From an uncultured bacterium (GTDB lineage Bacteria > Babelota > Babeliae > Babelales > Babelaceae), in assembly GCA_963848965.1 (NCBI GenBank), contig CAWKFG010000004.1:512001-576000 (forward strand): DNA of 64,000 bases, read 5' to 3'. The notes under the pieces are model-generated. The model did no database searches, was not told the DNA's origin, and saw nothing but the letters and a program-made list of their open reading frames with translations. Each line of letters starts with the position of its first letter. Within the stretch, counting starts at the first letter, position 1. Shown piece by piece: positions 51,901-62,000 of the stretch. A program made the translations under genes and the position numbers.

Positions 51901-53901
51901 ATCTCTATTGTCAAAAGCTATAACAAAGGCATCACGTTGTTTATCGTCAACCGAAGATGTGGAAGCACATTGTAGTTCAATTATTTGCTGCGCTAATTCA
52001 TACTTCTTCTCTCGGATTGCATATAAAAATGGCGTACAGCCATCTCTGCTTATCTTTTTATTCTTAAAAAGAAGCAATGCTGCTTTTCTCTCTTCAGTTA
52101 AAGAACCCTTACGAATATCTGATTGCAATACCTGATATTTCTGTTGCAGAGCTTCTTTCTCCTTTTGCTCTCTTTCACGCAAAGGTGCATTAAGCCCTTC
52201 TACAACGGTTAAAAGCGTTGAAGCAATGAGCTTGCTTTTATGTTTTTGAGCATAATCACAAATGCTTATGCCATAAGGAGATAGTATACGAGGATCTGCT
52301 CCCATTTGAAGAAGTATCTCTACAAGTTCCTGATGCTCATGTTCTACTGCATACATGAGAGCAGTTACATTATACTCATTATGCTCATTGACATTAACAC
52401 CTTGAGCAAGAAGTTTTTTTACTGCGCTTACATTCTTAGTGTGTACTGCATACATAAGTTCTGTTGCTTTGTTTTCTTCAAGCCATGCACGTTTTTTTTG
52501 CATAAACTGCTCAATGCTCTGTACAATGGCTTTACCGTTATACTTTTTAGCCAGCACTAAAGCTGTTTCTCCTTTTGCGTTTACCAGACTAACATCTGCA
52601 CCATAGTCTAACAAAAGGTTTACTAAGGACAATCTATCAAGCATAACTGCATGCATTAACGCAGTATTTCCTTCGCTATCCTGTGTATCTACGTCTGTAT
52701 TATGCTCGTGCAAGAGCTCAATAATAGCTTTGCATCTGTCATTATCGTCTTTCTCTTCTTGCAATGCTTGTACTGCTAACATTAAAGCGGTTCTTTTATA
52801 CTTATCCTGTATATGCGGGTTTGCACCAGAACGGAGTAATAATTCTACATTATCAATATGTTTATAGGTAGCTGCAAGCATAAGCGGTGTATGGCCGTCA
52901 TTATTTTGCTTATTAATCGTATCTAGATCACAAAGCATTAATACACAACGGAAACTCTCTCCCTGAGCTGCATAATGGAGTGGCGTAGCGCCTTTTTTAT
53001 TACTTGTAGCACATGAAGCTTCATGCATAAGAAGTAAAGAAACGAGTTCAGTATTACCTGAAAGTGCTGCTCGCATAAGAGGAGTAACTCCCTCAGAAGT
53101 AGTTACCTCAGGATCCGCTTCAATAGAAAGCATATTCAACACCTTTTGATAATCCTGTTGCTCTACTGCTTCTATAAGCTTAGGAACTTTTATATAACTT
53201 GCCACTTGTTGTTGCTGTGAAGGCACCTTCTTAGAGACATTATATGTTTTTTGCCGCTGCACAAGCTCACGTATATCTTGTTCAATATGTGGCAACTTTT
53301 TGTTTATAAGAGGAAAGAGCGTAAGAATGTGCATGCTTTTACTAATACGAGGGCATCCCTTTATTACCATCTGTACTGGTACATCTTCATTATTACCAGA
53401 AGCAGGTATAACAGTAACGATATAGGTTTTATACATGCTACAGCTTTCACGTTTCTCTTCCTGTATATGTACCGTTCCCTCTGTCATAAGACGATGTATA
53501 TAGGCAATGACATCTTTTTTTTGCCAACCAACTGGGAAAAATGTTTTTACGTCTGCTACCCCTTGATGTATAACATAGCCTTGATGAAATTTTCCGCTAT
53601 CTTCTACGGCTACAACTTGATGTAAAGGGGTAAATGTACCAAGCGTTACTCCTTCTTTTAATAAAGACTTATGGGGCGCTGGTGCATATACATGGAAACC
53701 TGAAATCGTATGTACGTCTTTTGATACACATATTTTCTGGCATCTTACAACGTGATTAAGAACATCTTTTAACGGTAAAATGTGATGATATCCATCAAGA
53801 ACAAGCTCTACTGAGCTTTCACTTTCTATAATGGGAGTTTGTTCTTTCTCCATTGCAAAAAGAGCACTGCTCACACTTAAAAAGATAATAAATTTATACA
53901 T
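48925..53901 (-). CDS. Giant secreted protein: EndoU-like nuclease domain + long ankyrin array (copy C)
   Basis: Signal ending LFA-MEK; H50, GFH70, K119-TFFPVGW, ILTLFP; then >20 ankyrin repeats. Confidence 0.85.
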   Translation of the reverse strand: MYKFIIFLSVSSALFAMEKEQTPIIESESSVELVLDGYHHILPLKDVLNHVVRCQKICVSKDVHTISGFHVYAPAPHKSLLKEGVTLGTFTPLHQVVAVEDSGKFHQGYVIHQGVADVKTFFPVGWQKKDVIAYIHRLMTEGTVHIQEEKRESCSMYKTYIVTVIPASGNNEDVPVQMVIKGCPRISKSMHILTLFPLINKKLPHIEQDIRELVQRQKTYNVSKKVPSQQQQVASYIKVPKLIEAVEQQDYQKVLNMLSIEADPEVTTSEGVTPLMRAALSGNTELVSLLLMHEASCATSNKKGATPLHYAAQGESFRCVLMLCDLDTINKQNNDGHTPLMLAATYKHIDNVELLLRSGANPHIQDKYKRTALMLAVQALQEEKDDNDRCKAIIELLHEHNTDVDTQDSEGNTALMHAVMLDRLSLVNLLLDYGADVSLVNAKGETALVLAKKYNGKAIVQSIEQFMQKKRAWLEENKATELMYAVHTKNVSAVKKLLAQGVNVNEHNEYNVTALMYAVEHEHQELVEILLQMGADPRILSPYGISICDYAQKHKSKLIASTLLTVVEGLNAPLREREQKEKEALQQKYQVLQSDIRKGSLTEERKAALLLFKNKKISRDGCTPFLYAIREKKYELAQQIIELQCASTSSVDDKQRDAFVIAFDNRDTASMKLLIEHGIIREESILTCCKRALDNKDIELVRFIASQLPTLVYKMILNIAREGDISLFNLCLAQEIVKFGVQQAGEALLELVSTCSVEIVEAFLTYYPRALDYANEHGETIVMRAVKSHNIKMVTVLCSSGADIHAKTKAGHTALYYAQSQTPLVACLQEFEQKRKEEALQAQEHERRQRVTEELKAQGYCHAMIAAYFNDHQTLRQGITSDLNYVHERGITPLIVAVQQGNTEAVQALLECPHLELNTQDNQGCTALHYAVLGKRYEISSMLVQSGASVLCRNKAGKTISDLINFKGIPQTLKELVKQAETREMEILCRKLAAFSELTELSQESVGEEFETLNRNSFLELLNDKHKLEIIEYLIKEKKTGALRLLFDKAKYGYLVKSKEVENFLFSYGVTYDLIKLCLDYGLPATYKMLFLVLAVDAWDIAELLVQKGNLDISTISDFSEELKDFIIRNKVTALEFLLKQGLPINIQDKDGSTPLTYACDAESKEVVEMLLKVPSIDIHHVNKRGWTPLMAACIQGSREIVEILLRAGACITESDPCGAIALSAACISKTKDRDVVKMLLCHGADPKYVLPNGNTVLHCACDSSVPEVVKCLIEAGANPHARNTAGMTPLMQALIKGNEEIVQLLLSLPHIDVEGCDNNGNSPLILALSQGSYETVKLLLEYGANVNRLTTQGGTLLLVACEKQDEKLMQLLLDAGADIDQQNKLGGTPLIGACEKKNKELVTLLLERGANIEKSNKFGGNPLLAAVEVNSLDIVQLLLNKGACPNVQNFAGGTPLMGAAERGSYDIVKLLVEKGAKLDIVSKEGCTALLFACMNQRLDVARYLIEKGASINIQNKIGNTALILACDNRTLGSSLTVESTKKQEELVKLLLQAGANVQLKNQDGFDAIDLAGKVSAIGVKKILTQHMKKLQRKGPKLKKELAEVRQILDVGSLARKEMQELEECCKKANLDGGGEALFEERIKEFEERYKKQDEEKK

Positions 53902-53913
53902 AGCTTATCTCAC

Positions 53914-56900
53914 TTATTTTTTCTTAGCACGTATATGTTCAAGTAAAAGAGCTTGAATTTCTTTATGTTTTAACTCAGACGCTAGAGTAAGCGCATCCTT
54001 CCTTTGGTTATTTTTTATAGAGCAATCAGCACCATGCTGCAAAAGCACCTGCACAACCTCTTTACGATTATTCATAGCCGCATGCATAAGTGCAGTATTG
54101 CCAGAAATTTCTTGTATATTTACATCTGCCTTATACTTTAACAAAGAATTGACTATTCTTAAAAATCCATGAGAAGATGCTGTAATTAAAGCAGTACAAC
54201 TTTGAACTCCCTGTATATTAACATGAGCGCCAGCTTTTAGTAAATGCTCTACTGTATCTGCACATCCACTTGCTGCAGCACACAACAGAGGGGTATTTTT
54301 ATCTATCCCTGCTTTATTAACATTTACACCATACTTAATCAGAAGCTCAACAACAGAAGCAGTATCTTTAAGAGTACATAATCTTATTAAAACAGGATTT
54401 CCCTGCTTATCAAGTGAGTTAGGTGAAACTTCTGCTTCCAATAAAAGCTTAATTATTGGGTAATTACCAAGGTGACAGGCAGCAACAAATGCCATAGCTT
54501 TATACGTGTCTTTTATTTCCTGGGATAAAAGATACCGCACAACTTCAACTTGGTCTGCCGCTACAGCCGATATAAGAGGATTAAAATTTTTATCAACAGT
54601 ATGTACATCAGCACCCTTTGCTATAAGGAATCGCGCTAACCGTTCATGCCCTTTAGTACATGCATAGGTAAGAGCACTGTAGTTGTCTTTCGTTACAGCG
54701 TTTATTAAAGCTCCACGAGCCAAAAGTAGTATCACAATATCTTCATGATTCTTATCACACGCAACTGTTAAAGGAGTTCGTCCATCTGGAAGTTTAACGT
54801 TAGCGGATGCTCCTCGATCTAAGAAATACCGCACCATATCAGGCCTATTTTCTAGCACAGGAGCAAAGAGGATATGTGAGGCCTTTTTTTCATCACAGCT
54901 ATCCATATCTAAGCCATGGCTCAATAAAAATTCTACTACTTCTTCATTACCTCTACAGCTTACATTCCAAAATATATTACGCCACATATGATCATTCTTA
55001 TCTACAGAAGGATAGTAAGAAAACAGTAAACGTGCTATTTCATTCGTTTTTCTATCAATAGCAATTCTAAAAGCATTTCCGCTCATGTTATTTTTTATAG
55101 AAACATCCGCACCTGCTTGCAAAAGAAGTTTCACAACTTCCGTATGTCCCATAAAACATGCAAGATGAAGAGCGGTATTTCCTTCATTGTTTGCACAATT
55201 AACCCGAGCACCTTTTTTAAGAAAGAACCTTACCAGTGGAACTCGTCCTGCCTGGCTTGCCACCATAAGCGGAGTACCATCATTCTTATCTGCCATATTA
55301 ACATCGGCTCCAGCATCAAGTAAAAAGGTAATAAGCTCATCCTGCTTTTCCATACAAGCAGCTAACAAAGGAGTAATGCCATCAGTCTCATCACAACAAT
55401 TGAGAGAGACACCTTTTTTTACAAGAAGTTCAATAAGCCCCTTAACGTTGTTTATATGAAGGAGTCTATGAAGTATCAAGCCAGGAAAATCATTTCTTAT
55501 GCGCCTACAGAGTTCAACCAAAACATTCGAAGCTAGCTGCCTGTTTTCAGATACAGATTCATGACAATATTCAATTAAGAACTTTATAGTATCTTCAGAA
55601 AAGTTTCTTTGTATAAGATTCAGAAGCATGCGCCATGTAACAGGAGCTCCATATCTAATAAGCAATTGAGCTTTTTCAAATGCACTTTCATCTTGCATTT
55701 CTATATTCCAGGTTTTTAGCATTGATAAATGATCTGTTTTTTTAAGAAGTATTTCAACACTATCAAGATGACCATTATTCAACAGAACCGCAATAATTGT
55801 TTCTTTAAACTTTGTTCTAAAAAAGTTAAAAGGCGTACGAGCATTAATCTCATCAAAGCGTTTTTCTTTTTCTACAGTTGAAACATCTTCTGACAAACTA
55901 TCAATAATTGCTTGAATTTCTCCTACTTCAGCTGCTAGAAGCAGTTCTTTTATATGAGTGGCTGTAGCTTTTAAACTTACTATATTCGATGCTACTTTAA
56001 ACAGCTCTTCCATCTGCACAGCAGATAGTTTTAAATTAAGCATGTCAAAAGCCGTTCTTTGGTTATTATCAACAATTAAAGCAGCTACTCCACTGCGCAC
56101 TAACTCTTCTGCAATAGTATGATGCTTATTAAGCACAGCATACATAAGAGCAGTTAAACCTTGGTTATCTTTTTGGTTTTTATTACATCCCTGTTTTTTC
56201 ACAAGCGCTCTTATTGCCTCTAGATGTCCTTTTTGAGCTGCTATCATTAAAGCCGTTGTACCATCTTTAGTAGCGCAATTAACATCACATGTTATATCAT
56301 TCTCAATAGCTTTATCATCATTATAATGAGCAGCTATCATTAAAGCTGAATATCCTTGGATTCTGAGCCCTTCAACTGTCTTTTGTATGTGTTCTCGCTC
56401 TTGTGCTTGAACAGTTGTTTTCACTTTCGCTTGCTCAATCTTTTGTAATAGCATAAAGACAGGACTTTTAGAATGTGTATAATCAAACACAGTACGCCCA
56501 CTGGTTGTTCTACTTTCTAAAGATGCACCTGCATTGTATAATCGAGTTATAACATCTTCTCTCTGAACTTTTGCAGCTATCATAAGCGCTGTTTCTCCGT
56601 ACCCATTAGCATACATCACAGTAGCAGGATAGCATGCAATAATAAGGTCAATAATAGCTGTAGTAGATCTTTGTACTGCAGCTACTAAAAGTTCACCTGC
56701 CTGCACCTCATCAAGTTGTAGACCACTATGCTCTAAAAGAAACTCAACGCATTCTTTATCTGGTTTAGAAAGAGCATTATATAACATCTTTATGAGTACA
56801 TAAGGAACAGTATGCGCAAATACCTCTAATAAAGCATTTTTTTGGGTAGTCATTGCTTTTTGAAAGCACTGTTCTATAGTACTTTCCTTTGGTATACCAT

Positions 56901-58929
56901 GGTTGAAAAGAAGCTTAATCATTATAAGATCTTCATTATCGCATGCAATAGAAAGAGCGTCTCTCTTATTATCATCCAAAGCATACGAGACAAACTGCTC
57001 TTTTATCATCTGTTCTACGAGGTTATATTTCTTCTCTCGTACCGCGTATAAAAATGGCGTACAGCCATCTTTAGATATCTTACGCTCTTGCAAAATAGAA
57101 AGCGCTTCTCTTCCTGCTTGAGTTAAACAGTCATGAGCAAGATCTGATTGCAAAGCTTTTAATTTCTCTTGTAATACTATTTTTTCTTTTTGCTCTTTCT
57201 CTTTGAAGGAAGCAGCATATTTTTCCATATGTCTTTCTACAAGAAGCTTTATCCTTTGGTCTATCTGTGTGCTTTCTTGTACATACTGATATAGCGGATA
57301 TTTATAAGGAGTTGTAAGCCGAGGATCGGCATCAGTCTCTAAAAGTTGTTGTAAAAGTTTTATGTTATTGGTTTCTACAGCAAAAAACAGTGCTGTATGA
57401 CCATAAGCCCCTTGCTCATTGCTATCTGCACCTGAGGCAAGCATCTTTTTTACCTTATTTTCATTACCAGTAAAAACAGCATACATAAGTTCCGTTGCTG
57501 CGCATTCTCGTAACCACTCATGCTTTTCTTGTATATGTTTTTCAATACAATGTGCAATAGCAGTATATGAACGCTTTTTTGCTAAACTTAAAGCAGATTC
57601 TCCCTTTTTATTTTTCATCTCTGTATCTGCATAAAATCTCAAAAGGAGTTCAACAAAAGATAAACGGTCAAGGTCCGTTGCATGCATTAAAGCCGTCATC
57701 TCGTCTGTATCATATGCATCTCTATCTGCTCCGTGCATAAGCAAGAGCTCTATAAGAGCTTTACACAACAAAAGATCTTCTTTCTTTCTATGCACTGCAG
57801 TTACTGCCATACTTAAAGGAGTTCGCTTATAGGTATCTCTGCAATTGGTATCTGCACCAAAACGTACTAAAAGCTCTGCAATATCAACAAGTTTCTGATC
57901 AATAGCAAGCATAAGTGGAGTTATACCTTCGTTATTAGGCCTATTAATAGTTTCTTTATCTAAAAGGCTTAATACACAGTGGAAATCTCCTGAGAGTACT
58001 GCATAATGCAATGGAGTATTGCCTTTATGATCTCAAGCTGTTTTAGATGCATTGTTAAGAAGCAACAGAGATACAAGTTCCCACTCTCCACTTCGTGCTG
58101 CTTTCATTAAAGGAGTTGTTCCTTCTTGAGTAGCTCCTTCAATATTAGCTCCTAATGAAATAAGATGTGTTACACGTTGAAAATCTTTTTGCTCTATAGC
58201 TGTAAATAATTTTGAAACTTTAACTCGTTTTTTCCTTTGTGCTTGCTGGCAGGGAAGCCTTTGCTCAAGCAAATATTTTTTTTGTTCTTGTATACAAGCA
58301 TGAACGCTCACTTCAAGAGAAGAAAGATTTCCTTTAATAAGAGGAAAAAGAGTAATAATGCGCATGAGTCTTTCTGCTTTTGGACATCCCTTAAGAACCA
58401 TATATAAAGGAGTATCTTCTGAGTGCGCTTGAGATGGCACTAAAGTAACTTGATATGTTTTAAAGCTGCTAGAGCTTTCTTGAGCCTCTTCTTTAATTTT
58501 TACAGTTCCTTCTGCCATAAGGCGATGTATATAGGCAATAATATCCTTTCTCTGCCATCCTACAGGAAAAAATGCCTTAGGGCATGCTACGCCAAAGTAG
58601 ACAACATATCCCTTATGAAACTTTGTTATATCTCCTAATGCTAGTACTTTATGAAGAGGACTAAACGCACTAATAGTCTCTTTACCATCACTTGTAGTCT
58701 TTATTGAAGGATATACATGAAAGCCAGAGATAGTAAGCTCTTCTCTTGATTTTGGCACTTGCTGGCAACCATAGAGGTGATTGAGGACATCTTTTAGTGG
58801 TAAAATATGATGTACTCCATCAAGAACAAGTTCTAGCGAACTTTCTGCTTCTATAATCTGCTCTTGCTCTTTTTCCATAGCCCAAAGAGTCGGCACTATG
58901 CTTAAAAAAAGCGCTAATAATATATACAT
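53914..58929 (-). CDS. Giant EndoU-like + ankyrin protein (copy B), interrupted by one in-frame TGA at 58033-58035
   Basis: ORFs 58033-58929 and 53914-58011 are in one frame: SKTA-TGA-DHKGNTPLHYAV aligns with SKTACDDKRNTVLHYAV of copy A. Confidence 0.82.
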
Positions 58930-58969
58930 TATGTGTCCTACAAATTTTAGGATTTATTTTTTAGAGTAA

Positions 58970-58996
58970 GGGCTGTTGCGATTTAAGCAACAGCCC
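58970..58996 (-). terminator. Hairpin downstream of copy A
   Basis: GGGCTGTTGC-7nt-GCAACAGCCC. Confidence 0.6.
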
Positions 58997-59003
58997 GCTT
59001 CCG

Positions 59004-62000
59004 TTAGTGTGGTGGTTGCTCGGCACTTGTTTGTTTTGCATATTCAAGAACGAGTTTTTTGATCTCTAATGCTCGAGCGTCCATGTCTCTTAACTGATGT
59101 TTTTTATATCTTTGAGCGTACGTCATATTTCCTGTACCTGTATTAAAAGTAAGTGCCATACCTCCATTATACTTACCAGGTCGCACGATATCAAACACAG
59201 TGCTACCCTCTTTATTTTTAAGCGAAAGATTTACTCTACGCGTAGAGAGTAATAACTGCACGATTTCCTTATGATTATTATAGCATGCGATTATTAAAGG
59301 AGTGTCCGCTTCTAAAATAACACAGACTGCCTGACTTGTAGGGTTCATAAAAATATACGCTGGCATCTGCGAAGAATATGTCTTAAGTCTTACTTGAGCA
59401 TTAACATCTGCACTTGCTTCAAGTAGAAGCTTTACAATATCTGCTCTTCCTATAGAACATGCTTTTGCTAAAGGAGTAAGGCCAGCTTCATCTAAAATAT
59501 TTGTACGTGCACCAGCTGCTAGTAAAAGCTGTACTATTTGAGCGTGGCCTCTATCACATGCACACCGTAAAGGAATCATTCCTGGACTGCCCTGAGCATT
59601 TACATCTATTCCTTTTTTAATAAGATAGTGCACTATTTCGGCTTCTCCTACTGCACATGCTAAGCAAAAGAAATTGATAACATCTTTCTTAGTTACATCT
59701 ACCTTAATAGCTTCAGAAAGTAAAAGCTCTCTAAATATTCTTCTACTTTGCAAATACTTTTCATCAAAAATATGCAGCTCAGAAATTCCTTCTTTATAAT
59801 GAGCATCTAATGAAGCACCAGCTTCAAATAAAACCTTTACTATCTCCTTATGTCCGCTTAAAGCAGCAAGCAAAAGAGCTGTATGAGCATGATCACACGT
59901 CTGATTAGGATTTGCGCCCAAATGTAGTAATAATTTTACTGCCTCTAGATTGCCTTGTTCTGCTGCAATAAGAAGAGCTGTATGACCATCAGCAATTTTA
60001 CCATCTACGGGTACACCAGCTTGTACAAGTTGATATACGATAGCAGAATGATTGTTAACAATTGCCGAATATAATGCCGTCAATCCTTTAACATCAGAAG
60101 TATTTACATGAGCGCCTGCTTTTATAAGCGCTGCTACTACATCTGCATATCCTTCTTCAGCCGCATGCATTAACGCAGTACACTTTTCCTCATCTTGAGC
60201 ATTCACATTCGCTCCACGCTTAAGAAGTAAAGAAACAATCTCAAGGTTTCCTTTATTTGCAGCATCTTGTAAAGCAGTCCATCCTTCACTATCAGCCTGA
60301 TCAATAGAGGCGCCTGCTTGCAATAAAAGTTTTCCTGCTTTTTTATTACCTACCCGGCAGGCAACACCTAGAAGATGAACACCACTATAGTTGTGATTTA
60401 CGTCTTTTATATAGCCTGTAATAAAGCGTGGTAGGACAACGCCTTCTTTGTCATGTTCACAAAGTGCTGAAAATATGCTAACACTCTCTTCATTACCACC
60501 CATTTCTACAGTACCTGTATTTAATAAAAGCTGTGCTAATGCAAGTTTACCTGCTTCTAAGGCAGACAGTACTATCTTAGCAGGAATACAAGTATAATAG
60601 TTTAGAAGAGTAATAACGATCGCAGAATCATTACATTGTACAGCATATTCTAAAGGATCAAGAAGCGCTTTTTCCTGCTTTTTTTGTGGATAAGGCATAA
60701 CATTAAGAAGCATCTTAAGCATATCTGCTCGACCTAATCCAACAACCTGATTAATAAGGTATATTTTATCATCATCATGCAACTTCCTTAAATGAAATTT
60801 AAATCTATCAAAATAAGTTGCAATTTCAGCAGGAACAGACATTTTTGCTCCTAAGCTTAGATATATAGATAACTCTTGCCGCAGTTTTCGTTTTGCAGAT
60901 TCTTTAACAAATGGAGGAACTTCTTGCATCTCAAGCAGTTGCATAATACTTTCACCAGCTTTATTTACAAAGCATACAACCGCCCCTGCAGCTATAAGAG
61001 CTTGTGCAATTTCATAGTGCTTGTATTTTACTGCATACATTAAAGCAGTATTGCTTATTACATCTGCCTGATTTACCTTGACACCTTGTTTTGCAAGAAG
61101 CATACGAACCATATCACTCGCTCCTTGACAAGCTGCAATCATAAGAGCAGTCTGCTTTGATTTGTCACATGCATTTACGTCATCATTACTACGTTGAACA
61201 GCTTCTTTTTCACCAAAATGAACAGCTATCATTAACGGAGTACACCCTTCTTCTTCGAGCTTCTTTTGTACAAGCTCTTTAGTTTGTAAGTGTTGTACTC
61301 TCAGAGCTTCTTCTTTTTTCCTTTTCTCAGGAGTTTCTAATAGATTGCATAAATGAGCATTATATTTTGCATGATCTAGAGCACTAGCACCATCTTTATC
61401 TTTCAGATGTATATTTGCACCAGCATTAGAAAGCAGTTCAACAATACTATAACGCTCTAACTTTACCGCTCTCATAAGCGGAGTTTCTCCTCTTTCATAA
61501 GCATAATCAATACCAAAAGCACAGTATTTAAGCATGATTTTAACTATACTTTCATCTAAGCTTTGAATAGCTTCAAACAGAAGTTGTCCTGCTTGCTCTG
61601 GTGTAAGTTCAATAATATGTTCTTGAAAGATAAGTTCCACTGTGCTTACTTCATGCTTTGTTATGGCTTTGCGGATAAAACTATAGACAGTGTACAGTGC
61701 TTTTTGGGCAAGAAGTCGTGCACGTGCGTACTTTTTATGTGTAAGCACAGCCGTAAAATTATGCTCTATACTAGATCCTCTCACTTTTCCGCTTGCAATA
61801 AGCAAAGATACCATTTCACTATCTTCATTATCAAGTGCAATACAAAGAGCATCTCTATTGTTACTATCTTCAGCTTGAGTAGATGCTCCTAAAGCAAGTA
61901 ATTGAGATACTGCATTATACTTGCGCTCTCGCACTGCATAGAGTAAAGGAGTACAGCCATCCTTACTCATAGCTTGATTATTAAATTGCGAAATGATCTC

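Noticed and set aside
410..58035. Alternative genetic code (TGA recoded), suggested by in-frame TGAs at 410, 4747 and 58033
   Set aside because: The TGAs replace different residues (Leu, Trp, Cys), TGA terminates intact genes such as gspE and yraN, and conserved genes use TGG for Trp
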